Assembly: GCA_030390025.1 (NCBI GenBank)
Contig: CM059432.1
Coordinates: forward strand, 23,872,001-23,936,000
DNA: 64,000 nucleotides
Source: Squalus acanthias
Lineage: Eukaryota
Reading direction: 5' to 3'
Part shown: piece after piece, positions 26,154 through 38,901 of the stretch
Position numbering within the stretch: position 1 is the first letter of the stretch
How the letters are laid out: each line of letters starts with the position of its first letter
Notes under the pieces: model-generated
The model's database searches: none
Seen by the model: only the letters and a program-made list of their open reading frames with translations
What the model was told of the DNA's origin: nothing
Made by a program: the position numbers and the translations under genes

Positions 26154-26612
26154 TGTCAGCCTTGGCTCAGTTGGTAGCACTCTTGCCTCTGAGTCAGAAT
26201 GTTGTGGGTTCGAGTCCCACTCCAGGGACTTGAGCACAAAATCTAGGCTGACACTCCAGTGCAGTACTGAGGGGATGCCGCACTGTCGGTGGTGCTGTCT
26301 TTCAGATGAGACATTAAACTGAGGCTCCGTCTGCTCTGTCAGGTGGATGTAAAAGATCCTATAGTATTTCAAAGAAGAGCAGGGGAGTTCTCCCTGGTGT
26401 GTTGGCCCATATTTATCCTTCAATCTGCATCACTAAAACAGATTATCTGGTCATTATCACATTGCTGTTTGTGGGAGCTTGCTATACACAAACTGGCTGC
26501 CACATTTCCTACATTACAGCAGTGACTACACTTCAAAAGTACTCAATTGGCTGTAAAGCACTTTAAGACATCCTGAGCTTGTAAAAGGCGCTGTATAAAT
26601 GCAAGTATTTCT
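26154..26612 (+). mobile_element. tRNA-derived DeuSINE (SacSINE1-like)
   Basis: A box TGGCTCAGTTGG, B box GGTTCGAGTCC; Deu-like core GATGAGACATTAAACTGAGG; L2-type tail GGCGCTGTATAAATGCAAGT. Confidence 0.8.
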
Positions 26613-26877
26613 TTCACTTGGTAATCTGTTGTATAAATGCGAGTATTTATGTGGAACTGTAAATTAAAGAAAGTTAACTGATTCATTTGAGTGCATCAAA
26701 ATAACAGCATAATAGAACTGTTTGTCTCAATGGGTCAAATGCCCTATTCCTGTTCCTATAATGTACATGAAACAAATCATTCACATCGCGTCCGTCGGTG
26801 AATAGTTTGTATTACTTTAGCTAATTCAGTTGTCTGATGATAAATTATAGCCAGGTGTAAAACCCTGGTATCAGGAA

Positions 26878-27100
26878 ACGTGACCATGAAACTGTCGGAT
26901 TGTAAAAACCCAACTGGTTCGCTATCGTTCTTTAGGCAAGGAAACCTGCTGCCCTTAACTGGTCTGGCCTATATGTGACTCCATTCCCACACCAACTCTT
27001 TATTACCCTCTGAAGCGGCCGAGCAAACCACTCCGTGGTATCAAAATTTCTCAACTAGGGATGGGCAATAAATGCTGGCCTCGCCAGTGACAGACACATC
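26878..27100 (+). mobile_element. SINE 3' half with LINE-derived tail
   Basis: Matches the reverse complement of 29745-30175; tail TAGGGATGGGCAATAAATGCTGGCC. Confidence 0.65.
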
Positions 27101-28409
27101 AGTTTTTTTCTAAACTGAATTCAAATCAAAAGTAGTTCCTGTGTTAAATTTTCTATTTATGTCATGCACTGTTTTGGTGTTCACCAATTTGTGACACAAT
27201 CACACCTGTAGCTGCACACGTCTACCATGAGATGGAGTGCCAGAAGCTGCTGATCCCCACACTTGCACCCACACCATCACTAATACACTGATGGAAATTC
27301 ACTCGTACTGACTTTCTGTGGGCAAAATCATGGCAGATACACTCCTCAGTTTCTGTAAGTGATTTCTGGTTAAGGAAACCAAAGTCAAACAAGTTATACA
27401 AAATGATATATTTTTAATGAGAAGATTAGTCCTTCCAGCCACATCATCACCATCTCCTGTTTCATCCAGACAACCCCCAACTTTCTCATATAGTAAACTG
27501 ATACTGCTCCAGTTACTTTTCATCAGACTACCTGATATGGGCTATCTCAGTAACGATCTCCATAATATGTGGGACATGGTGCAGAATTGCATGACTGATC
27601 TCTCAGGTTTTATAAAATAATAAATCCATCTTTACATGGAAAGTATTTATTGCAAATGCACATCCATAACACTATAATAATTCCATAAATAACTTGAAAA
27701 CCTCCCCCGCCTTCCTTTCAGTTCTGTGTGCAAAGCGGCTTATTTGGAATTAAGACTAATCTCATATTTCCAAGCAGATGCGATGGGAGTTTAATGTTAA
27801 TCCACAAAAATAAACAGTCAATGAAAATGTTCAAAGATTAGATGAAAAGCACTTTAAGACAGTACCATTAATACGCCACCATCTGCCAGATCTCAGGCAC
27901 ATGAATCCTGTCCTACATGGAGTATTTAGGTTTTATTACTTTTTCTCGTCATCTTGTCCCCCATAGTTGGCTACCAGGCAGCATGAGAAACCACTTGCAT
28001 GTGACTCTTCCCCCTCCGATTTTCCCTTCACCCTACTTAGAAACACTGCAGCCCCGTTCAGTGCCCCTCTGTACGACATAGATCAGACTAGAAACTTACC
28101 AGCTGGGAGTCAAACTTCCATCTGACCCCGCTCTGTGGCATTGCTACACTCAGCACCACTACACTACCACCCACCAAAGACATTGTCCCCACTAAATCAC
28201 TGGTCATTACATCTCCACTTCCGTGCCAAAGGGACATCCAAATCCTAGTGGTGCTGATGGAACCACAACTCAAAGATGCTGGCTGATTGAAAGGAAAGGA
28301 AAGGAAATTCTTGGCAGAGGTCTGTGCCAGTAGTGTTTTTCCAGGGCCGGATTAGCTCTGCACTGGTCTGGTGGTCCCTATTAAAATGAATATAACCATT
28401 CGGTAATGC

Positions 28410-28530
28410 CCATGATGCGGAGATGCCGGTGTTGGACTGGGGTGGACAAAAGTGAGAAGTCGCACAACACCAGGTTATAGTCCAACAGTTTTATTTGAAA
28501 TCACAAGCTTTCGGAGCTGCTGCTCCTTCG
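28410..28530 (-). mobile_element. Severely 5'-truncated Penelope-like insertion (3' terminus only)
   Basis: Nearly identical to 57468-57587; 11-bp TSD TTCGGTAATGC (28399-28409, 28527-28537, partly overlapping the element). Confidence 0.88.
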
Positions 28531-28590
28531 GTAATGCAGCCAGTTCTGCCCTGTCTAATTGCAAGTGAATCTCCTGTAGTGTTCTGGCTA

Positions 28591-29027
28591 TGTCAGCCAG
28601 TGGCTCAGTTGGTAGCATTCTCACCTCTGAGTCAGAAGGTTGTGGGTTCAAGTCCCACTCCAGAGACTTGGGCACAAAAATCTAAGCTGACACTCTGTTA
28701 GAGTGTTGTCTTTTGGATGAGATGTTAAACTGAGGTGCCGCCTGCTCTCTCTCAGGTGGACGTGAAAGATCCCATGGCACTATTTCGAAGAAGAGTAGAA
28801 GGATTATTCCTGGTGTCCTAGCCAATACTTATCCCTCAATCAACATAACAAAAACAGATTATCTGGTCACTATCACATTGCTGTTTGTGGGACCTTGCTG
28901 AGGGCAGATTAGCTGCCGCGTTTCCTACATTAAAACAGTGACTACACTTCAAAATTACTTCATTGGCTGTAAAGCACTTTGGGACGTTCGGTGGTCATGA
29001 AAGGTGCGATATAAATGCAAGTCTTTT
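28591..29027 (+). mobile_element. tRNA-derived DeuSINE (SacSINE1-like)
   Basis: Colinear with 26154-26612; A/B boxes, Deu-like core, L2-type tail. Confidence 0.8.
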
Positions 29028-29744
29028 TAGTCTGAGATCTAGTTTAGCTGCTAACTTGGCCTATCCTAAGATCATGCTGAAGGATTGTCTGTAGGAGATC
29101 TACAATCTCGGTGACTGTAGCTTCTCGTAAATTCTTCAGGTCAATTAAACCATGGGTGTCCAAGCTTTTGTCATCATGGCCTGAAAAGGTACATACTATG
29201 GTGTCTCGGGAGTTCAAATCCATGTTTCCATTAATCTGCATACATCTCAAGTTGCTCATAATAACAGACCTTGGTATTCCGATCCACTAATGAGGCAACA
29301 CTGCAATTGCAGCTTTTTTCATTCGTCGAAGCCCATAAAATTCAAAAAGCATGAACCAGGAAATCAGTATATGCGTGGGCTTTGAGGGACAGATTGTTCA
29401 GGGTCACTTGTTGGACGCTCTTGAGTTAGAGACCCGTAAATTCCTTGTAAATGTCAGGCTCCAATATGACATGAGCTTTTATTTTCTTACATTGTTTTGT
29501 TTCTGTAATCTGGAGTATGTATGTATACGTATAATTCTGCTGCCAAGGTGGATATTTGACCCTTTAAGGCTATAAATTCTAATTGTTAAGTAAACCGAGG
29601 CTCAGTTCAAGCACAGTTTAATTGTTGGTTAGTCAGGGAACTTTGTGGATGGAAAATGCTTGTAAGTTTTAAGTTGCAGGTCAGAAATATCCAGCATTAA
29701 GTGATTGGCTTTCTTTTTTTTTGTGCCCCGACGATGGTTTTATT

Positions 29745-30175
29745 TAAATCATTCTCGGTGCGTGGCCGTTGCTGGCAGGGCCAGCATTCATTGCCCATCT
29801 CTAGTTGTTCTGAAAAGGAGGTGGTGGGCTTTGTTCTTGAACCGCTGATGGCAGTTTGATACAACTAAGTGGCTTGCTGGGCCATTTCAGAGGTCACTGA
29901 AGAGTCATCCATATTGGTGCGTGACTGGAGTCATATGTAGGGCAGACTGGGTAAGGACGGCAGGTTTCCTTCACTAAAGGATATTAGTGAACCAGTTGGG
30001 ATTCTACGACAATTCGACTGCTTCATGGTCACTTTTACTGATACCAGCGTTTTTATTTCCATATTTTTTTTCCTAAACTGAATTCAAATTCTTAAACTGC
30101 CAGGTTCTCAGGATTATTAGTCCAGGCCTCTGGATTACTACTCCAGTAACATAATCACTATGGCACCATACCCCA
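29745..30175 (-). mobile_element. tRNA-derived SINE (second family) with the tail of the 9926-10236 LINE
   Basis: tRNA-like head near 30175 on the minus strand; tail homologous to 10135-10230; related fragments at ~6300-6440, ~47540-47650, ~57390-57470 and ~58714-58870. Confidence 0.65.
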
Positions 30176-30525
30176 CTAGGTTAATCAAAGGATACAGGTA
30201 TTTTGGTTCCTGTGCTTATAAAATATATTCTATTTCTCCATACATTGCAAATTATTAGTTTTTGTCATACTTTTTTAGAAGAATGGAAGAGAAACAACAT
30301 TTTAATATAGACAGATGTGATGGCCAAAACACATGATGGATGCCCTGTATGAAACGTATATATTTTTACTGTTATCTGGCTCTCTTGACGTCACTGGACC
30401 ACACACTAATATGGCTGGAAAGGTAGGCAAGCAGTTTCCTCCAGTGCTGCTCTGTAGTGACCCCTAGAGGCCAGTTGATGAATCCTACTCATTTTACACT
30501 GCTAACCCAGTGGGGAAAACATTAA

Positions 30526-32256
30526 GGCCGGGATTTTGCTCACCTCGGCGGGTCCGGTGCGGCCGATGTCGGTGGTGGGTCGCGGCCCTGCTGCTGGCTC
30601 CAGCCTGCTGCCTAAAATGAACTGACGTTGATAGAGCTTGTTAAGCCCGCCCAGTGCATTTCCCAGTCCAATTAGAGGAAGCGGGTCAGGTGATGTCATT
30701 TCATGACGTGTCATCAACCGGTTTCCTTAAAGGGACCACGGCCAACTTTCTTTTGACATTTGTGCTGTCAGTGCTCTTCAGCATTGAGGTGCTGCAAACA
30801 CTGACAATCATTGCACAGAGGTGCAGGGCTACACCAAAGTTCTCCCATGACTCCCTCCATATGCTTATGGAGGGAGTCACACCATGCAGGCAGGTCCTCT
30901 TCCCTTCCAATGGGCAGAAGAGACCTCCCCAGGAGACCAACACAGCCTGGTTGCACATCGCAGAGGAGGTCACAAGCAGGGATGTCGTCAGGAGGACCTG
31001 GATGCAGTGCCACAAACCTTTCAATTATCTCATTAGATCACAAAACATTAGTACAAAGCTACACTCACCTTCATCCACGTGCACCTCTCATCACATCCCC
31101 ATCACTCTGCCTTCCCTACCCTACTCCTGCACATCCTTACTCACACCAACTTACCTTGCACCTGAACCCATCCCTCTCTATCTACATTATCACATCCCCA
31201 TCTTACTAACCACCCCTCACATCCACCCTCATCCTAATGCAACCACACCAACTAACAACACACAAGGGTAGCCACTTGGGTGTTTTATCCAATGTTCATG
31301 TGAAGTTTCTGTTAATGTGCTGTCAAACATTGAAATCTTTATTTTCAACACTTTGCGTTCTCGGACAGATTTGTGTGCATGTTTGGAAGTGGCTTAGTGA
31401 GTTGCAGTGAATGGTGAGACATAACGGTACCCCACTCAATGGTGATGAGTGTGAAAGAAATGGCTTGGACATTGTAGGGATGCTTTATGGTGTTGGTGTG
31501 GGGTGGTGCCAACCTGGCGCATCATGTGGCAGCCAGGGTGTACAGCATCAAGTGAAGTAAATCTGGCCATGGTGAGGCCATACCTGGGCTGCCGGGCAGC
31601 AATGTGCTCGCGTGCTGATGCCCTCTGTCCTGTGCAGCATCAGGTGATTGCGGAGAAGGTTGGTGTTGTTGTTGGTGCTGCTGGTGTGCCTGGTGCTGCT
31701 GGTGTTGGGGCTGATCGTGGTGGGATTCTGAGGATCAAGGTGAGAGAGTATAAAGGGCACCCATGTTGATGGAATAGATGACAGTTGAAGTACAGATGAC
31801 AGAAGCATTCTGTCAATGGTGAGATAGTTCTTCCAATGAGGTGAGAGTGGATGGAAAGTGGAAAGCCTGCAGAATCTGTGCTGGAAATTGAGTGAGAAAC
31901 AGCTTGTGGCTGAGGAAAGTGATGATCTGTCAGGTGGGAGCTTTTACTGTACATTTGAAGCTGTCAAGTAATCAGCTGATTCAGTAACCACTGAACTCCC
32001 GCCTCAGGTTGACAGACGTGGTCCCCGAACAGCGTGGTTCCCGTGGGCGAGCAGTTAAAGTGAAAAGGTAATGTTAAAAGCATTATTCAGGGTCTGTTAA
32101 TAACCCAATAATAGGTTTAATTAGGTCGCCCGCCTCTGCGGGTCAGATCGGAGATCACACACGCACCATCGGGAAAGGCGGGTTGACAGCAGGGAAATTT
32201 CCCACCCGACCCGCCACCGATCCCGCCCGCTGACCCCCCCGGAAAAGTCCCCCCCC
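30526..32256 (+). mobile_element. Harbinger internal-deletion derivative, copy 1 (keeps Myb exon 1 and both extremities of the transposase gene)
   Basis: TAA duplication (30523-30525, 32257-32259); Myb motif KFSHDSLHMLMEGV..WLHIAEEV..RRTWMQCHKPFN; minus strand has MGALY..Q-rich N-terminus joined to IAAR..MARFT. Confidence 0.88.
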
Positions 32257-33559
32257 TAAGATTCTGTTTGGTTCCTCCCAGCAATCCTACAGAGATGCAG
32301 CTCAGATCAGATACTTGTTGATTTATGGATCAAATCAGCTTTTTTGCACTGTTTTGCTCAATGCTTCAGTGTTCCAACGTACACCACTATTGTGCCGTTG
32401 ATACTTAGTTTGTGTTTAGCTCAACCTACCTGCTTATTCCTCCCTTCAGATCTGCTGAAGTGACTAACATGATAGGGAGAAACGGGGTTAGGTTGTTAGT
32501 GGCCAGATAACCAAATTGATGCACACTTTAAATTCATTTAAATTAATTTTATAAAAATATATTTGTTTATTTTTGTTATCTCAAATGAGGCCACTAAAAT
32601 AGACCTGAGTGCTTCCAGGATCCTGATCACCAATTAGTGACTCCGTATGAGTGGCTGTCGGGCGAGGACAGCATCAAGGCCGGCTGTGATGCTCCCACAG
32701 TGGAATATAGCCTCACCTATATTATTGGTTGGTGAGGGGACTTTGTAGATTGGAAATTACTTCCACGTTTCAGGCTGCAGGTCAAACACTTAGGTCACTG
32801 TCTAGGCTTACACTTGACTGAAGTACTGCAATCCTGTCGGTGCAGTGCCTTTTTGTTCTTGTGAAACACTTTTTGATATAGGTACTGTTTTATAATCTTT
32901 TGATCTTGAATTAAATTCATCTGTTAGTCATGAACTGGAAAGCAACATTCAATAGAATCTAAACCTTTCTTCCACTGCAATTTCAACGAGTGCCTTCAGA
33001 GGCAAACTCTGCAAAATAACTAAGGCCCCACTTGAGAGAGGGTTTTCCCTGGCGCTTCTGCTCGCTGTGTGACGACGAGATCTGATCCGCCATGGAGCTT
33101 CCCACAACATTGGGAAGGACACAACCAAACTGGCATTGTCGCAAATGTTGCACTAATTGTGTCTCTATGTGATTCAAGTATCTGCAGCTCCCATTAAAGT
33201 TATGTTTGTGTCTTTGGAGAAACTGAGCATGCGTGAATTGCCATGCAATTATTACTGTTACCAAAACCACCATTGCCCCCTCCCCGCCCCCCAAGTATAA
33301 ACTGACCTGATACAGAAGCAAGTGAGCCAGATCACATTCCAGTTCCACTTCCATATTCGACTTTAACAATCGGATCAGAAGTAGCAACCGAGAAGTGGAA
33401 TAACATAAGCTGTGCTTATAATCATAAAACTCCTTTTTTTTTAACAATCACAGTAAACCTTTCTGGTTTGAAGCTTTCCCAGTAGTTCACTGCTTTGTGT
33501 GAACTGAGCCGTACAGATCAAGAATAATCTGAATCCAATCCCTTCCATACTGAACTGAA

Positions 33560-33802
33560 CAACAACATCAACTTGCATTTATATAGCCCCTTTAACGTAG
33601 TAAAACGTTCCAAGGCGCTTCACAGGAACGTTATCAAACAAAATTTGACACCGAGCCACATGAGATATTAGGACAAGTGACCAAAAGCTTGGTGAAGGAG
33701 GTAGGTTTTAAGGAGCGACATAAAGGAAGAGGGAGAGGTAGAGAGATGGAGAGGTTTAGGGAGGGAATTCCAGAGCCGAGGGCCTTGGCAGCTGAAGGCA
33801 GG
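33560..33802 (-). mobile_element. L2 LINE 3' end
   Basis: AAC tail followed by TTGCATTTATATAGC; matches the 11060 family. Confidence 0.8.
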
Positions 33803-34079
33803 GATGTCCTGGTCGCTGTCCAGTAACATCTGCTAGAAAGCACACGTGTGTGGTCATTGCATAAAGACAGCGGGAGGCTGGATTCCCCCACTCGCAGCTA
33901 GCTTGGCGATGCTCGCTGTCTAGACTCATCCATGCAGAATGAGCACTCGGATAAAAAGAAAGTGCTTTACTGTGTTTCCTTGGATGCTTCGAAGTGCAAT
34001 TGAATGATTTTTTGAAGCACAGTCGCTATTGTTATTTGAGCAAACACAGCAGCCAAATTATACACAGCAACATCCCACA

Positions 34080-34490
34080 GGAACATAAGAAATAAGAGCA
34101 GGAGTAGGCCATACGGCCCCTCGAGCCTGCTCCACCATTCAATAAGATCATGGCTGATTATCGACCTCAACTCCACTTTCCTGCCCGATCTCCATATCCC
34201 TTGATTCCCCTAGAGTCCAAAAATCTATCTATCTCAGCCTTGAATATACTCAAAGACTCAGCATTCACAGCCCTCTGGGGCAGAGAATTCCAAAGATTCA
34301 CAACCCTCTGAGTGAAGAAATTCCTCCTCATCTCGGTCTTAAATGGCCAACCCCTTATCCTGAGACTATGCCCCCTAGTTCTAGTCACTCCAGCCAGGGG
34401 AAACAACATCTAACCAGCATCTAGCCTGTCAATCCCCTTCAGAATCTTGTATGTTTCAATGAGATCACCTCTCATTCTCCTAAACTCCAG
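34080..34490 (-). mobile_element. CR1 LINE 3' end inserted in a degraded DeuSINE
   Basis: LEFRRMRGDLIETYKILKG..FPLAGVTRTRGHSL..WNSLPQ; tail rc (TTCTTATG)n. Confidence 0.88.
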
Positions 34491-35219
34491 AAAGGAGATG
34501 AACAGCCAGTGAATCTGTTTTGTAGTGGTGCTGATTGAGGGGAGTAATGTGGCTGGAACACAAGGTAACAGGATGAGGGCAACTGGTGTCTGTAGACCAA
34601 CACTCCAAAAAGAGTCAGTACCTTCGTCAAGTGAGGGAAGCAAAATGGAAAGGAAAACTTTCATTTTGCAGCAAATTTGCAGTAACAGGATCTGCGTTTT
34701 TTTCAGACTTCACTATTAACTGAGTTTTACACATTTCAGGCTTTCTCGGTTAAAATGTGCAATTACCAGTAATGGATTGTGTCTTCATGTGACCTTGTTT
34801 GATGTTAATAAAGCTAGGCTTTTCAAAGGTTATAAAGAAAGCAATTTTCATTTTCTCTTCCTTTTTCTATTTAATTTTGCTTTTAACAATATAGATTCAA
34901 GCACAAGGTTAAAAATTGGCACATTCTTTACCATTTGAAAGCGTGGCCGTCTTAACAGCTGATGGACGTGGCACACAAATGGGAACAATTAACGTAATTG
35001 CAAACTTCAGCACAGCCAGGCTTATTATCCCTTTTGTAAATTGGTATTGCAAAAGGCATTTACTCTGGTCCCGTGTACCAATTTCTGGATCAATCATCGA
35101 TTATACAAAAGGGTAAGTCAATCATTTTAAGCTCTATTTCAAATAAACGGAGAGACTCAGTATTGAGACTTTTTAAAAAAAAGGGCAGTATCGCAATCAA
35201 GACCCTTTTAAAGAGGATG

Positions 35220-35983
35220 GGCCGTATATTCCGATGCCTACGGGTGTGTCCGCGCTGTGTACCCACCCGTAGGAACATCGGAAATGCCGGTTTCAGGCAT
35301 GCCAAGCGCATGCGCTGAAAACCGACACTTCCGATCTGTCAAGAATGCTCTTGACAGATCGGACGCCTGCCCTAGAGAAGGGCCTCTGCGGGCGAATAGT
35401 TCCGCTTTCTGGAGAACATCCGCCCTCATAAAACCCTTAGAAATCTTACGCCTGGTAAAAGCAGGTGTAAGGCCTGCTTTTACCAGCATAAGAGTTGAAA
35501 AAAAGTAAAAAAAAAAAAAAAAAATTTTTTTCACTCATTTATCATTTACAAATACTTTAAAAAAGGTAAGTTTATTTTTAGCCCTGTAAAAAACTTTAAT
35601 TATTTTTTTCAAAAAATTTAATTTTGTTTAAAGTATTTAATTTATTGTAATTTCAACTCATTTTAAAAATGTGATTAAAAAAAAAAATTATTTAATGTTT
35701 TACTGTGTTTTTGGGGTGATCTCCATTCATATATTTGACAGGTCTATCTGTCAAGTGTATGAAGGGAGATTCCCTTCTCCTACTGGCTCCCCATGGCCCA
35801 CGTGATCCCAGGGACGCTTGCGAACCACATGCGCCTCTGGGATACCTGGGCCCTGCGCATTTCAAGTTTGGAGAGGCCCAGGAATGGAAGTGTACGCACC
35901 TCGGGAGCCCTCAGGTAAGTTCGTAGATTTTTTCCAGATCGAGGCCTCCGCACGCAGGAAGCCTCGGATCGGAAAATACGGCC
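35220..35983. mobile_element. Non-autonomous Harbinger-like element (GGCC TIR family), copy 3, opposite orientation
   Basis: TIR GGCCGTATATTCCGAT / rc GGCCGTATTTTCCGAT; GAT/ATG flanks; internal blocks are the reverse complement of copies 1 and 2. Confidence 0.8.
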
Positions 35984-36239
35984 GATGTTTCACATTCAGG
36001 ATTGTCGACAAAAAAGCGAGCCCGATTTTAACTCGGTGGTGGGGGCGGAGGGGGTGGGGGGGGGGGGTTTGCAGGTCGAATAAGGGCAGCAATTTACCCC
36101 GTGGTCCCGATATTAACTTGCTCTTTTAAGGAGGCGATCAGGACACCCGCAGGAAGGCAGCGGGGTTCTGTTTTAAAATTGCTGATCGGGTCCCGATGAC
36201 ATAATCGGTAAAATCGCACTTGGAGTGCTGGCCGCAGTT

Positions 36240-36425
36240 TTGGGCTCCACATTATTGAAGGATGTTGAGGCATTAGAGAGGATACAGCACAGATTCACAA
36301 GTATGCTGTTCCGTATGAGGAAATGCGAAGAAAGGCTTGAAAATTTCGGCTGTTTTTTGTTGGCACAGAGGAGGTGACGTGTGATTTGTTAGCGGTGTTC
36401 AAAATTTAGAATGATGGGACAGACT
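36240..36425 (+). mobile_element. Old CR1 3' fragment, left half (continues at 40638)
   Basis: WAPHY..ALERIQHRFTSML remnants. Confidence 0.7.
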
Positions 36426-36690
36426 GGGCTGGAGTTTGTCATGGGGGCGGGTCAGGTGGTCGGTGGGTCACGCCTCCGATGTGAGGCGGGATAATTTAGC
36501 GATTTTGCCCTAATTGGGCACTTGATTCCCAGCGTGTGGGAACCCCTGGCCCAATGAGTCTTTTGGTCCTGAAACTCGCCTCTGATGACGTCATTTATGC
36601 TGCTGCATTTAAGGCCTGCAAGCAGCCTTGGTTCATTTTCTGCCCTCCAACTTTGATTTGGGATTGTTCTGAAGGATTTGTGGTGCAGAG

Positions 36691-38661
36691 ATGTCAAGCT
36701 CAAGGTCCAAGGCCACATCCCGCTTTGATGAGGACTCCCTCCAAGCTCTGGTGGAGGGAGCCAGAGCTCAGAAAGAGGTATCGTTTCCTTCCTCTGGGAG
36801 GAAAAAACCTGTGCTGTGTGGCTGCAAGTGGCACAGGAGGTCAGTGCCATATCAATGTGCAGTAGAACCTGGCTGCAGTGCAGAAAGAGGTTTAATGACC
36901 ACCTCCACACAGGAAAAGTGAGTATGACATCACCATGACCCTCAATCTGCTCCCCATCGCCTCTCATCACCAGCACTCTGCATTGTCAACCTCCTCCTCC
37001 ACATCCCACTTGACCCTTACATCCCTGCACCCTTAACCATTCCCTCTCTCTCTAGGTACACATTCACTTAACTATTCGACTATGCTGCCCTCACACTCCC
37101 TATCACTGTTTTGCTATGACAACAACTTACAACACACAGGGAGGGCCCTTGGTCCTGGGACCTCACTCCATCTTTGTGTCCATCTAAGCATCTATGCTAT
37201 GGATTCTTGACACTCACTCCATCATTCTCACTCAAACTCCACTTGTGTCCCTCATTGCAGGAAAAGAGAGTCCACAATAAGAGGGAAAGGGCAAAGACTG
37301 GAGGAGGGCCACCCTCAATAGCCCAGCTCACCAGCACAGAGGAGGCAGCCCTCAAGATCGTGGGAGTCGAGGAGGATGCACAAGTGGGGGACAGACAGAC
37401 GGGCGCATCAGAGCAAGTTGGTGACAGAATAGTTTTTCATCTCTCTCATTGACAATGCATGAGTGACTGATATTGATTCTGATGCTCTAACAGATTGACT
37501 TATGATGATCTGCACAATTCAATGTGCATGCAACGTTTATCTCACATGTCTAACTCTTTCCTTTACTCCCCCACAGGACCATTGACATTCCCCCTCCCAA
37601 CTGTCCAGGAGGAATAGCCTGAGCCACAAGACTCCTCAGAGGAAGCTGCAACCTCTGAGGGCGCAGCGTCAGCAGAATTAAGCAAACCCAGCACCAGCGC
37701 AGACACTCACAACTCGGTGGGACCTTCGCGAGATATAGTGTTGTCACCTGGTGTATCACAGCTCACAAGTGAGCATCAGCAGATGGTGGAGACAGGGACA
37801 GCAATGGAGAGTCCTCATTGGAGGCCGCAGGGCACTCCCAGATCGGCTCAGCTGCATGTCGACCCTGTGCCTCCGGGTCCATCCAGAAGGAAAGCGGTGA
37901 TGGAACTCCAGGAACAAGTGCAGGGGTCTCTGGCAGGTTTTATCTCCAGGGTCACTGCGAGTGTGGAGCGGATGGAGGACTCCATTGCTAACATGAGCAG
38001 AGCCTTTGTGGAGGCATTGGCGAATGAACGCATCACCACGGAAAGGATGGCAAACTCTGTGGAAAGGATGGCTACCTCCATGGTAAGGATGGCTACCATA
38101 GAGGAGAGGATGGCTACGGCCATGGAGGAGCTAAGTCGCCAGGGTCTTGAAAACATGGTCATTGTTCAGAATAGACTGACATCTCTGGAGGAGCGATGGT
38201 CAGCTATTGAACAGAGAAACCAGAGCTTCATGGAAGTCCTCTGGAGTAGGACTGCCAGTGCAGAAGCGGGTCCTCATGGCCCCCCTGAAGTGCAGCAAGG
38301 TGCTGTCAAGCCACTTGCTAGCTCTGAAGTGGGGCTGACCCATGAGAGGGATGTCGGTGGCAGACAACAAGGAAGTGGGGGCTCCTCTCCAAGCACTCAC
38401 ACGGCCATGCCACTGCAGTGCCTTCTGTCAAAGCCCCACCAGAGTCCTCACCCAACTGAGATCGGCGTCTCAGCCCCTGCACAGCCGCAGGAGCAGCAGA
38501 CTTTTGGCGAGCCCTCAGAGGCTCGCAACCCCAGAGGACGCCCGCCAAAGGTGTCAAGGCAGGAGCAGCATGAAAGTGAGCAAGGGGCCTCCACATCTGC
38601 TGAAGCCACAGGGGAAGCACCACGTAGGAGCACGAGTAAGAGGAAGATAAAGCACAAGTAG
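36691..38661 (+). pseudogene. Harbinger Myb/SANT-like DNA-binding partner gene; exons 36691-36917, 37261-37420, 37577-38661
   Basis: RFDEDSLQALVEG..WLQVAQEV..RTWLQCRKRFND | EKRVHNKRERAKTGGGPP motifs; GT-AG introns with matching phases (0, 1); frameshift near 36810 and in-frame TAG at 37615-37617. Confidence 0.85.
38041..38127 (+). repeat. 21-bp coding tandem repeat (heptads ERMANSV/ERMATSM/VRMATIE/ERMATAM)
   Basis: AGGATGGC recurs every 21 nt, in frame. Confidence 0.85.
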
Positions 38662-38901
38662 TCACAAGGGTAGTCACTTGGCTGTTCTGTTGTGTTTAAT
38701 TGTGAAATGCCATCTTGACTGAATGTTATAAAATGACTTGATGGCAAACTGTTGAAGTTGTGGGCTGTGTCATTTCGCAAATGGGACTTCTACATTGAGG
38801 GCTTCGGGCGACTTGGAATTGTCAGCATGGTGGTCAGAGTGATAGGAAGCCGTAGGTTCTTGTCCATTGTCGATGGTGTAGTAAGAAGGTGATTGGGCAG
38901 C

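Noticed and set aside
26154..26230. tRNA gene (also ~28596-28665 and ~55425-55490)
   Set aside because: The A/B boxes continue into a shared SINE body and tail; these are SINE heads
32983..33447. 154-aa minus-strand ORF as a host exon
   Set aside because: No recognisable protein similarity or supporting exon chain
38041..38127. CRISPR-like repeat array
   Set aside because: Contiguous in-frame 21-bp coding repeat with no spacers; eukaryotic context, no cas genes
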